A DNA stretch of 64,000 bases from Victivallales bacterium (GCA_045589595.1 JAZNPK010000032.1:53475-117474); one strand, 5' to 3'; shown: positions 45,688 to 55,546, counted from the stretch's first letter. Notes: generated by a model from the sequence alone, not told the origin. Numbers and translations: made by a program.

Positions 45688-47112
45688 ATGAAACGCTGGA
45701 TCTTGTATGTTTCCGGTATCATTGCGATACTTGCTTCTCTCCTGATCATCTGTACGGATCTGCCCTTCGGGATCCCCTCCCAATGGACATGGCAGCGGGT
45801 GGACCGTGAGCAGTTGCGGATCTTCATTTCTCTGATCCCTGTGGTGCTGGTGCTGGAGGCGCTTCTTCATGCCGGAACGCTGCTCAAAAGATCCCGCCGG
45901 ACGCAGTTCGGTCTGATCGCCCTGATTTTTCTGGGCAGTTATTGTATGCAGGAAGCCCTGCTGGAAGGCGGACGCATCGGCAGAGCGGAAAATGAGATCG
46001 CGGTGCTGGACCGTTATGCCGGAGGATATCTGACTGCCGCCGCCGGGATCACTGATCCTGTTGCGTATTTCCGGAATTATGCGGAAAAATTGAAACGGGA
46101 TGAAGACCGCGCCAATCATCTGGATGTCCATCCGCCCGGAAATGTGTTCACCGCGTGGCTGATGCTGAAATTCTGCGAAAAGATGCCGCTCATCCCGGAT
46201 GAATGGAGGATCGTTCCCGCCGGAAGTTATCTGGAGAAGGCATTGTTCCGACCCGGTCACGAAAAAGAAAAGATGCTGCCCTTGCAGCTCGCCGCCATTC
46301 TGATCGTCCGCCTGACACCCATCCTGAATGCACTGGCGGCGGTCCTGCTCTTTCTGACGGCGCAGCGGCTCTGCCGGAACAGCAGCCCGGATGCCCTTGA
46401 GCCGGAACCGGACCGGTTGTATCTCTGCGGAACGTTCGCCGCCATCCTGTCTGCCGCGCCGGTACTTTTTGCCGGACATTGTGACGCACTTTATTATTTT
46501 CTGACGACGCTGATCCTTTTTCTGTGTTTTACCGACCGGAGTCTGTATGCAATACCTGCCGGGATCCTGACGGCTTACGGCTGCTCCTGTTCCCTCGCGT
46601 ACGGTATGCTGATCCCGCTGGCGGTTGTGATCGCCGGAAAAGACTGGCGCAGAACGGCGCTGTTCTGTGCAGGCGGATTGATTTTCGCCGGAGTGGTTTA
46701 TCTGATGGGCGTGGATCTGGTATCGTGTGCCGTGTATGCCGCCCGGAACAACAGCGCATTTTTCCGGGAAAGCGGCAGATCTGTCCTGCCGTGGATCCCG
46801 CTGAATGTGCTGGATCTGATCCTGTTCGCCGCACCTCTGACGGTATTGACAGCGTTCAGCTGCGACTGGCGGAAGGACCGCGTTTGCATGGGGGCAGGTG
46901 TTCTGCTGGTATTTCTGTGTGTATCGCCTTTTTCCCGCGGCGAAATGGGCAGACTGCTCATCTTCCTTTATCCCGTTGTTCTGCTGCTGGCTCTGAAACG
47001 GATCCTGTCGGCGGAGAATGTGTATGACGGGCTGATGAAACACGCATTGAGAACTCAGACTCTGCTGATGATCGTCATGCGGATCTTTCTGCGGCTGGCG
47101 ATCGTATGGTAA
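45688..47112 (+). CDS. Hypothetical polytopic membrane protein
   Basis: The ATG at 45688 lies 5 nt after the comM stop. About 12 hydrophobic helices. No motif recognised. The track start 45556 overlaps comM. Confidence 0.5.
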   Translation: MKRWILYVSGIIAILASLLIICTDLPFGIPSQWTWQRVDREQLRIFISLIPVVLVLEALLHAGTLLKRSRRTQFGLIALIFLGSYCMQEALLEGGRIGRAENEIAVLDRYAGGYLTAAAGITDPVAYFRNYAEKLKRDEDRANHLDVHPPGNVFTAWLMLKFCEKMPLIPDEWRIVPAGSYLEKALFRPGHEKEKMLPLQLAAILIVRLTPILNALAAVLLFLTAQRLCRNSSPDALEPEPDRLYLCGTFAAILSAAPVLFAGHCDALYYFLTTLILFLCFTDRSLYAIPAGILTAYGCSCSLAYGMLIPLAVVIAGKDWRRTALFCAGGLIFAGVVYLMGVDLVSCAVYAARNNSAFFRESGRSVLPWIPLNVLDLILFAAPLTVLTAFSCDWRKDRVCMGAGVLLVFLCVSPFSRGEMGRLLIFLYPVVLLLALKRILSAENVYDGLMKHALRTQTLLMIVMRIFLRLAIVW

Positions 47113-47146
47113 AGAATTTCCAAATATCAAATACAGGAGAAAAAAC

Positions 47147-48214
47147 ATGTTTGAAAAATTGACAGCCCGTATGGAAGAGTTTATGGGAATGGGGATCCCC
47201 GGTTGCGATTGTATCGTTTATCAGGGGGGAAAAGAAGTGTACCGGCATTTTTGCGGATACTCCGACCGCGAAGCAAAAATCCCCATGAACGGCGAAGAAC
47301 GGTATAATATTTATTCCTGCTCCAAACCCATTACCTGTGTGGCGGCTCTGCAGCTGTTTGAAAAAGGCTGTTTCGGATTGGATGACGAACTGTGGCACTA
47401 TCTGCCCGAATTCAAAGATATGGCAGTCCGGACGGAAAACGGTCTTGTGCCCGCAAAAAACAGGATCACCATCCGCAATCTCTTTACTATGACTGCCGGT
47501 CTGGATTACTGTATCACGTCCCCTGCCATCCGGAAAGTTTATGATCAGACACACGGCGCATGTCCCACACGGGAAACCATCCGCCATATCGCATCCATGC
47601 CCCTGAGTTTTGAACCGGGCGCACAATGGCAGTACAGCCTTTGTCACGATGTGATCGGCGCATTGATCGAAGTCGTGTCCGGTATGGAATTCAATGCGTA
47701 CCTGACAAAAAATATTTTTCAGCCGCTGGGTATGGACCGGACAACATTTCTCATTCCCGCCGCAGAACAGGACAGTCTGGCAGCACAGTACAGACGGTTC
47801 CCTGAATCCGATGCCATCTGCCGCGTCGGATCCGAAAACTGTTTCCGCCTCGGTTCAGATTACGCAAGCGGCGGCGCCGGAGCAGCATCCACAGTAAACG
47901 ATTATATCAAATTCCTGGAAGCCCTCCGCAGCGGCGAAACCCTGCTGAAACGCAGTACCATCAACCTCCTGCAAACCCATCAGTTGAACGAAGAACAGTA
48001 CGCAACATCTTGGGGCGAAAACCGCTACGGATACGGTCTCGGCGTGCGCTGTCCGCTCCCCGGCGGCAACCGGACCGACTTCGGCTGGGGCGGATGGGCA
48101 GGCGCTTACCTCGCCGTGGACCTCGCACTGGATCTGACTATGTTCTATGCACAACACGTGCTGAGCGCACCCAATGTGGCTGAACGGGGCAACCTGATCC
48201 AGGATGTGAAGTAA
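47147..48214 (+). CDS. Serine hydrolase, beta-lactamase/transpeptidase-like family
   Basis: SxxK motif YSCSKPIT. 355 aa, class C/esterase-like length. No signal peptide. Confidence 0.8.
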   Translation: MFEKLTARMEEFMGMGIPGCDCIVYQGGKEVYRHFCGYSDREAKIPMNGEERYNIYSCSKPITCVAALQLFEKGCFGLDDELWHYLPEFKDMAVRTENGLVPAKNRITIRNLFTMTAGLDYCITSPAIRKVYDQTHGACPTRETIRHIASMPLSFEPGAQWQYSLCHDVIGALIEVVSGMEFNAYLTKNIFQPLGMDRTTFLIPAAEQDSLAAQYRRFPESDAICRVGSENCFRLGSDYASGGAGAASTVNDYIKFLEALRSGETLLKRSTINLLQTHQLNEEQYATSWGENRYGYGLGVRCPLPGGNRTDFGWGGWAGAYLAVDLALDLTMFYAQHVLSAPNVAERGNLIQDVK

Positions 48215-48252
48215 GCACAAGAACAGAATACACAGACACTGAGAATGGGCAG

Positions 48253-48367
48253 ACGCCCGCCGGGGCGCGGCTCCCGGGCGTCCACCCGGACGCCCGGTGC
48301 AGTTGCGCTTCGCGCGCAACGGCACAGCGCGGTTTGCACCGCGCGGAGCCGCGCCTCCGGCGGGCGT
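48253..48367 (+). other. GC-rich branched stem-loop element: three hairpins enclosed by a 21-bp closing stem (X2)
   Basis: Closing stem: ACGCCCGCCGGGGCGCGGCTC (48253-48273) pairs with GAGCCGCGCC-t-CCGGCGGGCGT (48346-48367). Inner hairpins:
- CCGGGCGTCC-accc-GGACGCCCGG (48274-48297)
- GTTGCGC..GCGCAAC (48302-48320)
- GCGCGG-tttgca-CCGCGC (48327-48344)

Followed by ATTATTTTT. Shares the AACGGCACAGC linker and TTTG(C)A loop with X1. Confidence 0.6.
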
Positions 48368-48368
48368 A

Positions 48369-49535
48369 TTATTTTTCGAGGCGGTCGAGGGGGATACGGA
48401 TAAAAGCGGCGGAAGTTTTACTGCATGTGCAGGCGATGCACATACAATTCATTTCCGGCACTTCCACGGCGACGGGATAGCTCCATTGCGGAGCGGCATT
48501 GAGTTTTGTATCGATGCCGTTACGGATGAGGGAAGCGTATGAGAATGTTTTTTCGCCGGGTTTTGAGAGGAGCAGGGCGAGGGTATCCCGGTTCTGTCCG
48601 GCGAGATTGCAGATCATATACCGCCGCTGATCGGAGAGGATACCGGCGAAGATCTTGGAATTTCCCACGGGGATGTTATGGACTTGCGGTCCGCTCCATG
48701 TTTCTCCGCAGTCATGACTTTCGTACATCAGGGGATACCGGTTATCGTGGCGGACGAAGGCGGTGATATATTCTCCGTCCGGGATGATACAGGTTTCCGG
48801 CAGATAATTTTCTCCTTCGGGTGCTTTGATGCGGTCGTGGATGGGGACGATCCGCCATTCTGTATCGATTTTTCCGTCATCGCTGATGGCGACGGCGGGG
48901 ATTTCCGGCATCATGCCTGACTGTGCTGCGACTCTGCCGGCGGTGATCAGTTTCCCGTTGATCATCCGGTACACCGGAGTATTGGGCAGAAAGGGTTTTT
49001 GTATGACGCGGACGGAGTGCCAGATATTCTCCTGTTCATTCAGACGGAAGATCTCAAGATCCTGTACCACATCGGGTCCGGTCATACGGGTCACGAGGAG
49101 ATAGAGCTGATCATCGGCGGGGCAGATCCCGAAGGCGGGCGGCACATAGATCACGGCATTGGCGGGATCTTCTGCCAGCGTGACGGGATCGCTCCATGTA
49201 TTGCCGCAGTCGCTGCTGATCCTGCCGCGGATCACGGACCGGTCAGCCATTTCGTGAACGGGACAGTTGTACCACGACAAATAGAGTTTTCCGTGCCGGT
49301 TTGCGAGCATACAATCGTGAAGAAAACGGTATTCCTCATCGGGGTGCTGAACGATTCCCGCTTCCGCCGCAGGGTGGTCGGGCAGATTGCGGATATCCAG
49401 CGGTTTTTCTCCGCTCCAGAGATCGATCACATGGGACATGGCACAAGGTTCCTTTCCGGCATATTTTTTCAGTTCATCCCTACTGTACCATCCCGGAAAA
49501 TATTTGCAAGACGGGATTCTTTTTTTTCCGGTCAA
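48369..49535 (-). CDS. BNR/Asp-box repeat protein, sialidase-fold
   Basis: Two clear Asp boxes (SSDCGNTWSD, SHDCGETWSG). 388 aa. No signal peptide. Confidence 0.6.
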   Translation of the reverse strand: MTGKKRIPSCKYFPGWYSRDELKKYAGKEPCAMSHVIDLWSGEKPLDIRNLPDHPAAEAGIVQHPDEEYRFLHDCMLANRHGKLYLSWYNCPVHEMADRSVIRGRISSDCGNTWSDPVTLAEDPANAVIYVPPAFGICPADDQLYLLVTRMTGPDVVQDLEIFRLNEQENIWHSVRVIQKPFLPNTPVYRMINGKLITAGRVAAQSGMMPEIPAVAISDDGKIDTEWRIVPIHDRIKAPEGENYLPETCIIPDGEYITAFVRHDNRYPLMYESHDCGETWSGPQVHNIPVGNSKIFAGILSDQRRYMICNLAGQNRDTLALLLSKPGEKTFSYASLIRNGIDTKLNAAPQWSYPVAVEVPEMNCMCIACTCSKTSAAFIRIPLDRLEK

Positions 49536-49624
49536 AAAGTTATCAACCTCCTTGCATTTTTCCCATTTATAAGTTATAGTTTCCTTATGACACGTAACCA
49601 GAAAAAAATGAAAGGAAAAATCTT

Positions 49625-50710
49625 ATGCTTCCGGCAAAAAGTCTTGAGTTTCTGAAAGAATTTCTGAATGCGTCCGGTCCCTCCGGATTTGAATTTGAAC
49701 AGGCGGCAGTGTTCCGCAAGTATCTCTCCCGGTACACAAAAGAGATCGCGGTTGACAACCTCGGCAACTCCATTGCCCGGCTGAATCCGGATGCAAAATT
49801 TCAGGTCATGCTCGCCGGTCATTACGATGAAATCGGTTTTCAGGTCGTGAGCATTATGGAAGAAGGTCTGCTTTCTTTCCGTACGGTCGGCGGCATCGAT
49901 CCGCTGACGCTGCCCGGGATCGAAGTTGATGTCCTGACGGAAAAGGGCCGTATTCCCGGTGTGATCGGCAGAAAGCCCATCCATCTTCAGACGGCGGAAG
50001 AACGCAAACAGGTCCCGGAAGTGAAAAGAATGTGGATCGATATCGGCGCGGAAAGCAAAAAAGCGGCGGAAAAACTGGTGAAAGTCGGTGATCCGGTGGC
50101 ATTCCGTTCCAATTTCCGTATGCTTTCCAAGAACAGAGTCCTTTCCAAAGGTCTGGATGACAAGATCGGCGCATTCGTGATCGCAGAAGCGTTCCGGATC
50201 GTAGCGCAGGCAGGTAAAAAACTTTCGCCTGATGTGGGTGTGGCGTGCGTGGGAACCGTTCAGGAAGAAGTCGGTCTGCGCGGCGCTCATGCCAGTGTGT
50301 TCGGGATCGCACCGTCTGTCGGGCTGGTGGTGGATGTCGGTTTTGCAACAGAAGTGCCGGGCATCAGCGTGGATGAATACGGCACTCTGACCATGGGCAA
50401 AGGTCCCGGTCTGACCAGAAATGCCGACAACAATCCGCCGCTTCTTTCCCGCATTATCAAGCTCGGCGACAAGAAGAAACTGCCTTATCAGGTGGAAACC
50501 GGACACCGTGCCACAGGCGGGACCGATACGGCAGCGATCCAGCTCGCACGCGGTGGTGTTGCAACGGCGCTGTTCAGTATCCCGAACCGCTACATGCATA
50601 CACCGGTCGAAGTCTGCGATCTGCGCGACGCGGAAGCTGCAGCAAAACTGATCGCTGAAACCATCCTTTCTTTCACCGGCAAGGAAACATTCCGTCCCGG
50701 TCTGGATTGA
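49625..50710 (+). CDS. M42-family metallopeptidase (FrvX/YsdC-like)
   Basis: N-terminus LEFLKEFLNASGPSGFE, plus HYDEIGF and KGLDDKIG motifs, and the C-terminal IPNRYMHTPVE. 361 aa. Confidence 0.8.
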   Translation: MLPAKSLEFLKEFLNASGPSGFEFEQAAVFRKYLSRYTKEIAVDNLGNSIARLNPDAKFQVMLAGHYDEIGFQVVSIMEEGLLSFRTVGGIDPLTLPGIEVDVLTEKGRIPGVIGRKPIHLQTAEERKQVPEVKRMWIDIGAESKKAAEKLVKVGDPVAFRSNFRMLSKNRVLSKGLDDKIGAFVIAEAFRIVAQAGKKLSPDVGVACVGTVQEEVGLRGAHASVFGIAPSVGLVVDVGFATEVPGISVDEYGTLTMGKGPGLTRNADNNPPLLSRIIKLGDKKKLPYQVETGHRATGGTDTAAIQLARGGVATALFSIPNRYMHTPVEVCDLRDAEAAAKLIAETILSFTGKETFRPGLD

Positions 50711-50716
50711 TTTGTT

Positions 50717-51847
50717 ATGGGTGCATTCTATCTGATTTCCGGCAACGAGGATTTCTCCATCAAGGAACGGGCGAATGAGTTTCTCCGTACCCTGTGCGGC
50801 GAGATCCCGGAGGAGAACCCCGCGCTGGAAGTCATCCGCGGCGATAACGACAGCGAGAAGGCGGGACCTGTGATCAGCAAAGTGCTGGACGCAGTGGAGA
50901 CGCCTTCTTTCCTCATGCCTGAAAAGATCGTATGGCTCAAACATTTCAATAAATTTGATGAAGCGGCGGCAGAACCTTCCACCAAAAAGAATCCGTCGCG
51001 GCTGGATCAGCTTGCGGCATTTCTGAAGGACGGGATCCCTGCGGATGTGACCCTGATCATTGACGGTCCCATGGACCGGCGCAAAGCATTTTACAAACTT
51101 TGCGAAAAGATTTGTGAAAGTTCCGGCGGCAAACTGGAATGGTTTGAAAAAGCCGATGTGAAAAGCAAAGGCTATCTGCCCAATCTGATACGCCGTATCA
51201 AGGAAATCGCATTGGATTCCGGCGGAAAACGCATGAACGAAGATGCCGCTGCATATCTGGCAGAAACCATCGGCGGCGATGCCGCACGCCTGAAAAATGA
51301 AGTGGATAAACTGATCGCGTACGCCGGAGAAAACCGGGTCATTACGCTGGAAGACTGTTTTCAGGTGTGCAGTCGGGCGTCCGATACTCTTTCCTGGGAA
51401 TTTGCCTCGGCGCTCGCCGCAAAAAATCCCGGTAAAGCCATGGAACTGATCCCCGGCATCATCGAAACGATCGCCCAGGAAAAAGGCAGTTCCTCACGAC
51501 CGGAGATCGCGATCATTTCCGGCGTACAAGCCGAATTTCAACGTCTGCTTGCCATCCGGTGCGAAGGATTGCGGTCCAATATTCCGGATCACGCCGACGC
51601 CAATTATTTTTACAGACTTGCAGATGAGGCAAAATCCGCGCAGTCGGACAGCCCTCTGCTTTCCATACATCCCTTCCGGGCATTCAAACTCTGGGAAAAT
51701 GCCGTGCGCTTTTCCGATAAGGAATTTGTGCGTGCGTTTCAGGCGATCCTTACGGCAAGCCGCGGAATGGTAACAGGTTCCAATCCCCGGTTGGAACTGG
51801 AAAATCTGGTTGTCGCCATTACCGGGAGCGGTACGGCACCTCCGTGA
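50717..51847 (+). CDS. holA: DNA polymerase III subunit delta
   Basis: FYLISGNEDFSIKE N-terminus, and size and layout typical of HolA. Confidence 0.7.
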   Translation: MGAFYLISGNEDFSIKERANEFLRTLCGEIPEENPALEVIRGDNDSEKAGPVISKVLDAVETPSFLMPEKIVWLKHFNKFDEAAAEPSTKKNPSRLDQLAAFLKDGIPADVTLIIDGPMDRRKAFYKLCEKICESSGGKLEWFEKADVKSKGYLPNLIRRIKEIALDSGGKRMNEDAAAYLAETIGGDAARLKNEVDKLIAYAGENRVITLEDCFQVCSRASDTLSWEFASALAAKNPGKAMELIPGIIETIAQEKGSSSRPEIAIISGVQAEFQRLLAIRCEGLRSNIPDHADANYFYRLADEAKSAQSDSPLLSIHPFRAFKLWENAVRFSDKEFVRAFQAILTASRGMVTGSNPRLELENLVVAITGSGTAPP

Positions 51848-51866
51848 TCAAACGACAGGATAAAAT

Positions 51867-52439
51867 ATGACGAAACAGAAATTGGCAGCATTGGATATCG
51901 GAAATGTATGCATCTCCATCCATTTGGGTAATCTTTTCAAAAAACTCGGTTTCTGGAAAGGCCTGATCCAGGTGCCCCGGATCCGGAAAGCATGTCACCT
52001 TATGGAATGCGGAAAGATGTCACGGGAAGAATTTCTGGATCTTCTGGACAGAGCAACCGGCAGAAAATATACGCCGGGCGAACTGATCGATCTCTGGAAT
52101 TCCGTGCTGGGTCCTTCCATTCCCGGGATGGCAGAGGCGGTGCGGAATGCCGTGGACCGCGGATGGCGGTTTGTTTATTTTTCCAATACTTCCGCCCTGC
52201 ACATGGAGCATTTTCTCAAGACAAATGATTTCTGCCATCTGGTCACCGGAGCCGTATTCAGTTACGAAGCCGGAGCCATGAAACCGCATCCCCGGATCTA
52301 TGAGATCTTTGAAGAAAAATACGGTGTCCCCGACATCTATTTTGATGACCGTCAGGAAAATATCGAAACCGCTCTCGCACGCGGCTGGAATGCGGTCACT
52401 TTCCAGTTCTCCGATCAACTTGATCAACTGCTGGATTAA
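51867..52439 (+). CDS. HAD-family hydrolase, YihX-like subgroup
   Basis: Motif I reads ALDIGNVCISI (the DxGNV variant, as in E. coli YihX DLGNVIV). Motif III-IV FDDRQENI. 190 aa. Confidence 0.65.
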   Translation: MTKQKLAALDIGNVCISIHLGNLFKKLGFWKGLIQVPRIRKACHLMECGKMSREEFLDLLDRATGRKYTPGELIDLWNSVLGPSIPGMAEAVRNAVDRGWRFVYFSNTSALHMEHFLKTNDFCHLVTGAVFSYEAGAMKPHPRIYEIFEEKYGVPDIYFDDRQENIETALARGWNAVTFQFSDQLDQLLD

Positions 52440-52445
52440 AGTTTT

Positions 52446-53231
52446 TCAGCCGATCTGCAATTCTGCGATCACCGGATGATGATCTGACGCATAATCACCA
52501 TCCGGCATGGTGTCGTCCGTCCAATGACGGAGTACACGGATCCCGTCCGATACAAAAATGTAGTCGATCAGACAGGGATTTTTTGCTTTGCCGAACCCGT
52601 GGAATGTAATATCCGCGCCCGTATGTCCGGTTTCACTGATACAGGCGGAATCCCGCAGCAGCGCGGCGGCGGCACGGTAAGTTTCTGAATCGGGCCTCAC
52701 ATTGAAGTCGCCGGAAAGGATCATGGGCAAACCCGCTGCATTTTCCGCCGCGTGGGAAACCACCAGTTCGATCCCTTTGATCCGGGCGGTTATACCGACA
52801 TGATCCAGATGAGTATTGCAGTAACAGAATTCCTTCCCGGTCAGACGGTCACGGAATTTTCCCCATGTGGCGCATCTGGGACAAGCCGCATCCCATGCAC
52901 GGATACCCGGCACATCCGGCTGTTCGGAAAGACTGAATGTTCCTCCCGCAAGCAGTTCCAAACGGTCGGTCCGGTAAAGAATACAGGAGTGTTCTCCGGC
53001 ATCCCTGAAATCATCTCTGCCCCCGCCGATATAGGCGTAATTCCCGGTTTCCAATTCCAGCAGATCCTTCAGCTGAAAAAGAACCGCCTCCTGAACACCG
53101 TAAATGTCTAACCCATTGTCCTGCACCACTTTGCGGACGCGGTTGCGGCGGCTTTCCCAGTCATACGGCGGCGGGTCGCAGGGGACACGCAGATTGTAAG
53201 TCGCAAGAACGAGAGAATCTTTTTTCATCAT
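52446..53231 (-). CDS. Endonuclease/exonuclease/phosphatase (EEP) family protein
   Basis: ATYNLR N-terminal motif, GDFN motif (SGDFNVRPDS), and C-terminal SDHHPV. The ATG at 53231 follows GAGGAAAGG. The longer track start 53294 would run into the repeat element. Confidence 0.7.
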   Translation of the reverse strand: MMKKDSLVLATYNLRVPCDPPPYDWESRRNRVRKVVQDNGLDIYGVQEAVLFQLKDLLELETGNYAYIGGGRDDFRDAGEHSCILYRTDRLELLAGGTFSLSEQPDVPGIRAWDAACPRCATWGKFRDRLTGKEFCYCNTHLDHVGITARIKGIELVVSHAAENAAGLPMILSGDFNVRPDSETYRAAAALLRDSACISETGHTGADITFHGFGKAKNPCLIDYIFVSDGIRVLRHWTDDTMPDGDYASDHHPVIAELQIG

Positions 53232-53249
53232 AAAACCTTTCCTCATTTC

Positions 53250-53445
53250 TGCCATATAATCCACCTCATAACGCCTTTGCTTTGTCGGCGTCACGATGGG
53301 ACTGTTAAAGTTTTTTTCATTTCTGCCGTCAATGCTGCGGAGCAGCTTTGACTACGGCAGAATATGCGGCGCATATTCTGCTCGCGTCAAGGGCTGTGCC
53401 CTTGCCGTGGTGCAGCGGCGGCACGCTGCCGCACGCAGTGCGAAG
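53250..53445 (-). repeat. Multi-hairpin intergenic element, inverted and diverged copy (copy D)
   Basis: Read on the minus strand, the module order is the same as elsewhere:
- CGCAC-tgc-GTGCG
- GCAGCG-tgccgc-CGCTGC
- AAGGGC-aca-GCCCTT (53389-53403)
- GCAGAATATGC-gcc-GCATATTCTGC (53357-53381)
- GTCAAAGCTGC-tcc-GCAGCATTGAC (53328-53352)
- A-rich linker
- CAGTCCCATCGTG..TATGGCA. Confidence 0.7.
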
Positions 53446-53452
53446 TCAGCGC

Positions 53453-54040
53453 TCAACAATATTTCAAAATGCAATTCAACGCTTCCGTCAGCCGTTCAGT
53501 GGGGAGTCCCACGATATTATCGTAGGAACCGCGGATATTTGCAATGATCATATCGCCGTGTTCCTGAATGGCGTATGCTCCGGCTTTATCCAGTACGTGA
53601 ACGAGACGGGTATATTCTTCGGCGGTATTGCGGTCGAAATTTTTGAAATCCACTTCGCTGGTGACGGCGAACCGGGTGATCAGGTCCGGTTTTTTGCAGC
53701 AGATGCAGACGCCTGTGGTGACGCGGTGCGTTTTTCCGGCGAAGCGCAGCAGGGTGCGGACCGCGTCCTCTGTATCGACAGGTTTTCCGATGGCTTCGTA
53801 TTCAAATTCGATCAGGGTATCGGCGCCGATCACCAGATCTTCCGGATACAGTTCCGATACAGCTTTTGCTTTCCGGATGGCGTTTTCCAATGCGAGCCGG
53901 TGTACATCAAAGACGCCGGCTTTCAATTCTTCCGCATCGGAGGGAACGACTTTGAAATCGGGGAAACCGGCTTTTTTCAGCAATTCGCTTCTGCGCGGCG
54001 ATACGGAAGCAAGGATCAGGTTCCGCATGGTCATTACCAA
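53453..54040 (-). CDS. maf: Maf-like nucleoside triphosphate pyrophosphatase
   Basis: LILASVSPRRSELL N-terminus and GAYAIQ motif. 195 aa. Confidence 0.85.
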   Translation of the reverse strand: MVMTMRNLILASVSPRRSELLKKAGFPDFKVVPSDAEELKAGVFDVHRLALENAIRKAKAVSELYPEDLVIGADTLIEFEYEAIGKPVDTEDAVRTLLRFAGKTHRVTTGVCICCKKPDLITRFAVTSEVDFKNFDRNTAEEYTRLVHVLDKAGAYAIQEHGDMIIANIRGSYDNIVGLPTERLTEALNCILKYC

Positions 54041-55053
54041 CTGAAACTGGCGGTGAGTTCCACGGGATCTGTCACGGCGGTACCGGCTTTTCCGACAACG
54101 ATTCCGGCGGCGTGGTTTGCGATCTCTGCCGCTTCTTCATCGGTGGCTCCGGCGGCTTTGCAGAGGGTGTAAGTCGCGATCACGGTATCGCCCGCGCCGC
54201 AAACATCAAACACTTCCCGTGCGATGGTGGGGATCACAAAAATGGAATCTGCCGCTTCCCGTTTGAACAACGCCATTCCCTGATGTCCCAGAGTGACAAG
54301 CAGCGAATCGGGCAGCCATGTTTCCATAACGGCAGATGCCGCATCTTTCAGCGCCTGATCATTTTCCACGATCTCCGCAGGTTCCGTGCAGTAGTGACCG
54401 GCAAGACCGAACGCCTCGGACCGGTTGGGCGTCATCAGAGAAAGACCGCGGACGCGCATATCGTGTCCGGGATGGGGGTCAAGTGAAGTATAAACACCGA
54501 ATTCAGCGGCGGTATCGGCAATGATCTGGAGCATATCGCTTTCCAGCAGACCTTTTGCGTAATCTTCCAGGATCAGGGCATCGATCTCTTTGTTGCGGAT
54601 CATATTGCAGATCATCTCCGCAAGTTTGCCTCTGACATCGGTGGAAACGGGATCGACATCTTCAAAATCCATCCGGACCACCTGCTGATTACCGGCAATG
54701 ACCCGCTGTTTGACTGTTGTACGCCGTTCCGTTACGGGCAGAACGCCATTGGTGCAGACGCCGCCTTTTTCCAGCAGGGAACAGAGGGTTTCGCCATCCC
54801 GGTCGCTGCCGGTGATCCCGAACGCGTGAACATGACCGGCACCCAGACTTTTCAGATTCCGCATCACATTGGCTGCTCCGCCGAGGCGGGTTTCCGTATG
54901 ACGGACCATTAGAACAGGGACCGGTGCTTCCTGGGAAAGACGGGATGCACTGCCGGAAATGTAGGTATCCAGCATCAGGTCGCCCAATACTGCGATCCGG
55001 AGACTGTCAAAACGGTTCAGTACCGCTTGAAGCCGTTCGGGGGAAATACTCAT
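54034..55053 (-). CDS. D-glycero-beta-D-manno-heptose-7-phosphate kinase (RfaE domain I, PfkB family)
   Basis: IAVLGDLMLDTYISGSASRLSQEAPVPVL N-terminus is characteristic of HldE domain I / HldA. PfkB motif DVCGAGDT. No adenylyltransferase domain is attached. Confidence 0.8.
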   Translation of the reverse strand: MSISPERLQAVLNRFDSLRIAVLGDLMLDTYISGSASRLSQEAPVPVLMVRHTETRLGGAANVMRNLKSLGAGHVHAFGITGSDRDGETLCSLLEKGGVCTNGVLPVTERRTTVKQRVIAGNQQVVRMDFEDVDPVSTDVRGKLAEMICNMIRNKEIDALILEDYAKGLLESDMLQIIADTAAEFGVYTSLDPHPGHDMRVRGLSLMTPNRSEAFGLAGHYCTEPAEIVENDQALKDAASAVMETWLPDSLLVTLGHQGMALFKREAADSIFVIPTIAREVFDVCGAGDTVIATYTLCKAAGATDEEAAEIANHAAGIVVGKAGTAVTDPVELTASFSW

Positions 55054-55529
55054 AATTGCTCCTTTTGCCGGAGTTCATTTTCCAGCACTGTAACAAATGC
55101 CGGCATATCGATATTCTCCCGGCGGATATAATATTTTTTTGCGCGGCACCGGAGTACCGCAGACCGAAGCATCTTGGTCATGTGATGCACCTGTACGATC
55201 TGGGGCAGGGTCATATTGTCTTCGTGTTCCCGGGCATACAGCAGAAGTTTGTCGAAGGTCTGACGGATCATATCCGCTTCCCCTTTTTCCAGCGTACCGG
55301 ACGGCGAGAGACGACGCAGCAGGGAACGGACTTCATCCATCTGCAGCAGAAGCTGCTGCCGGGCAACGTGATACTCCAGAGTTTCCTGCTGTTTCAGGCG
55401 GATCGGAAGAAACAGCACCAGATAGACCTGTCCGATCAATACAATGACAAAAAGGATGATGGCGAGCCACGTGATATAGTCGCGTTTCCGTTTGCAGGAA
55501 TAAAATTGACTGATATTTTTTACTGCCAT
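55050..55529 (-). CDS. Hypothetical single-pass membrane protein
   Basis: 159 aa with one TM helix (WLAIILFVIVLIGQVYLVLFL). ATGA-type overlap with the downstream kinase gene. Confidence 0.4.
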   Translation of the reverse strand: MAVKNISQFYSCKRKRDYITWLAIILFVIVLIGQVYLVLFLPIRLKQQETLEYHVARQQLLLQMDEVRSLLRRLSPSGTLEKGEADMIRQTFDKLLLYAREHEDNMTLPQIVQVHHMTKMLRSAVLRCRAKKYYIRRENIDMPAFVTVLENELRQKEQL

Positions 55530-55546
55530 CGATCCGTTCCTCCGTT

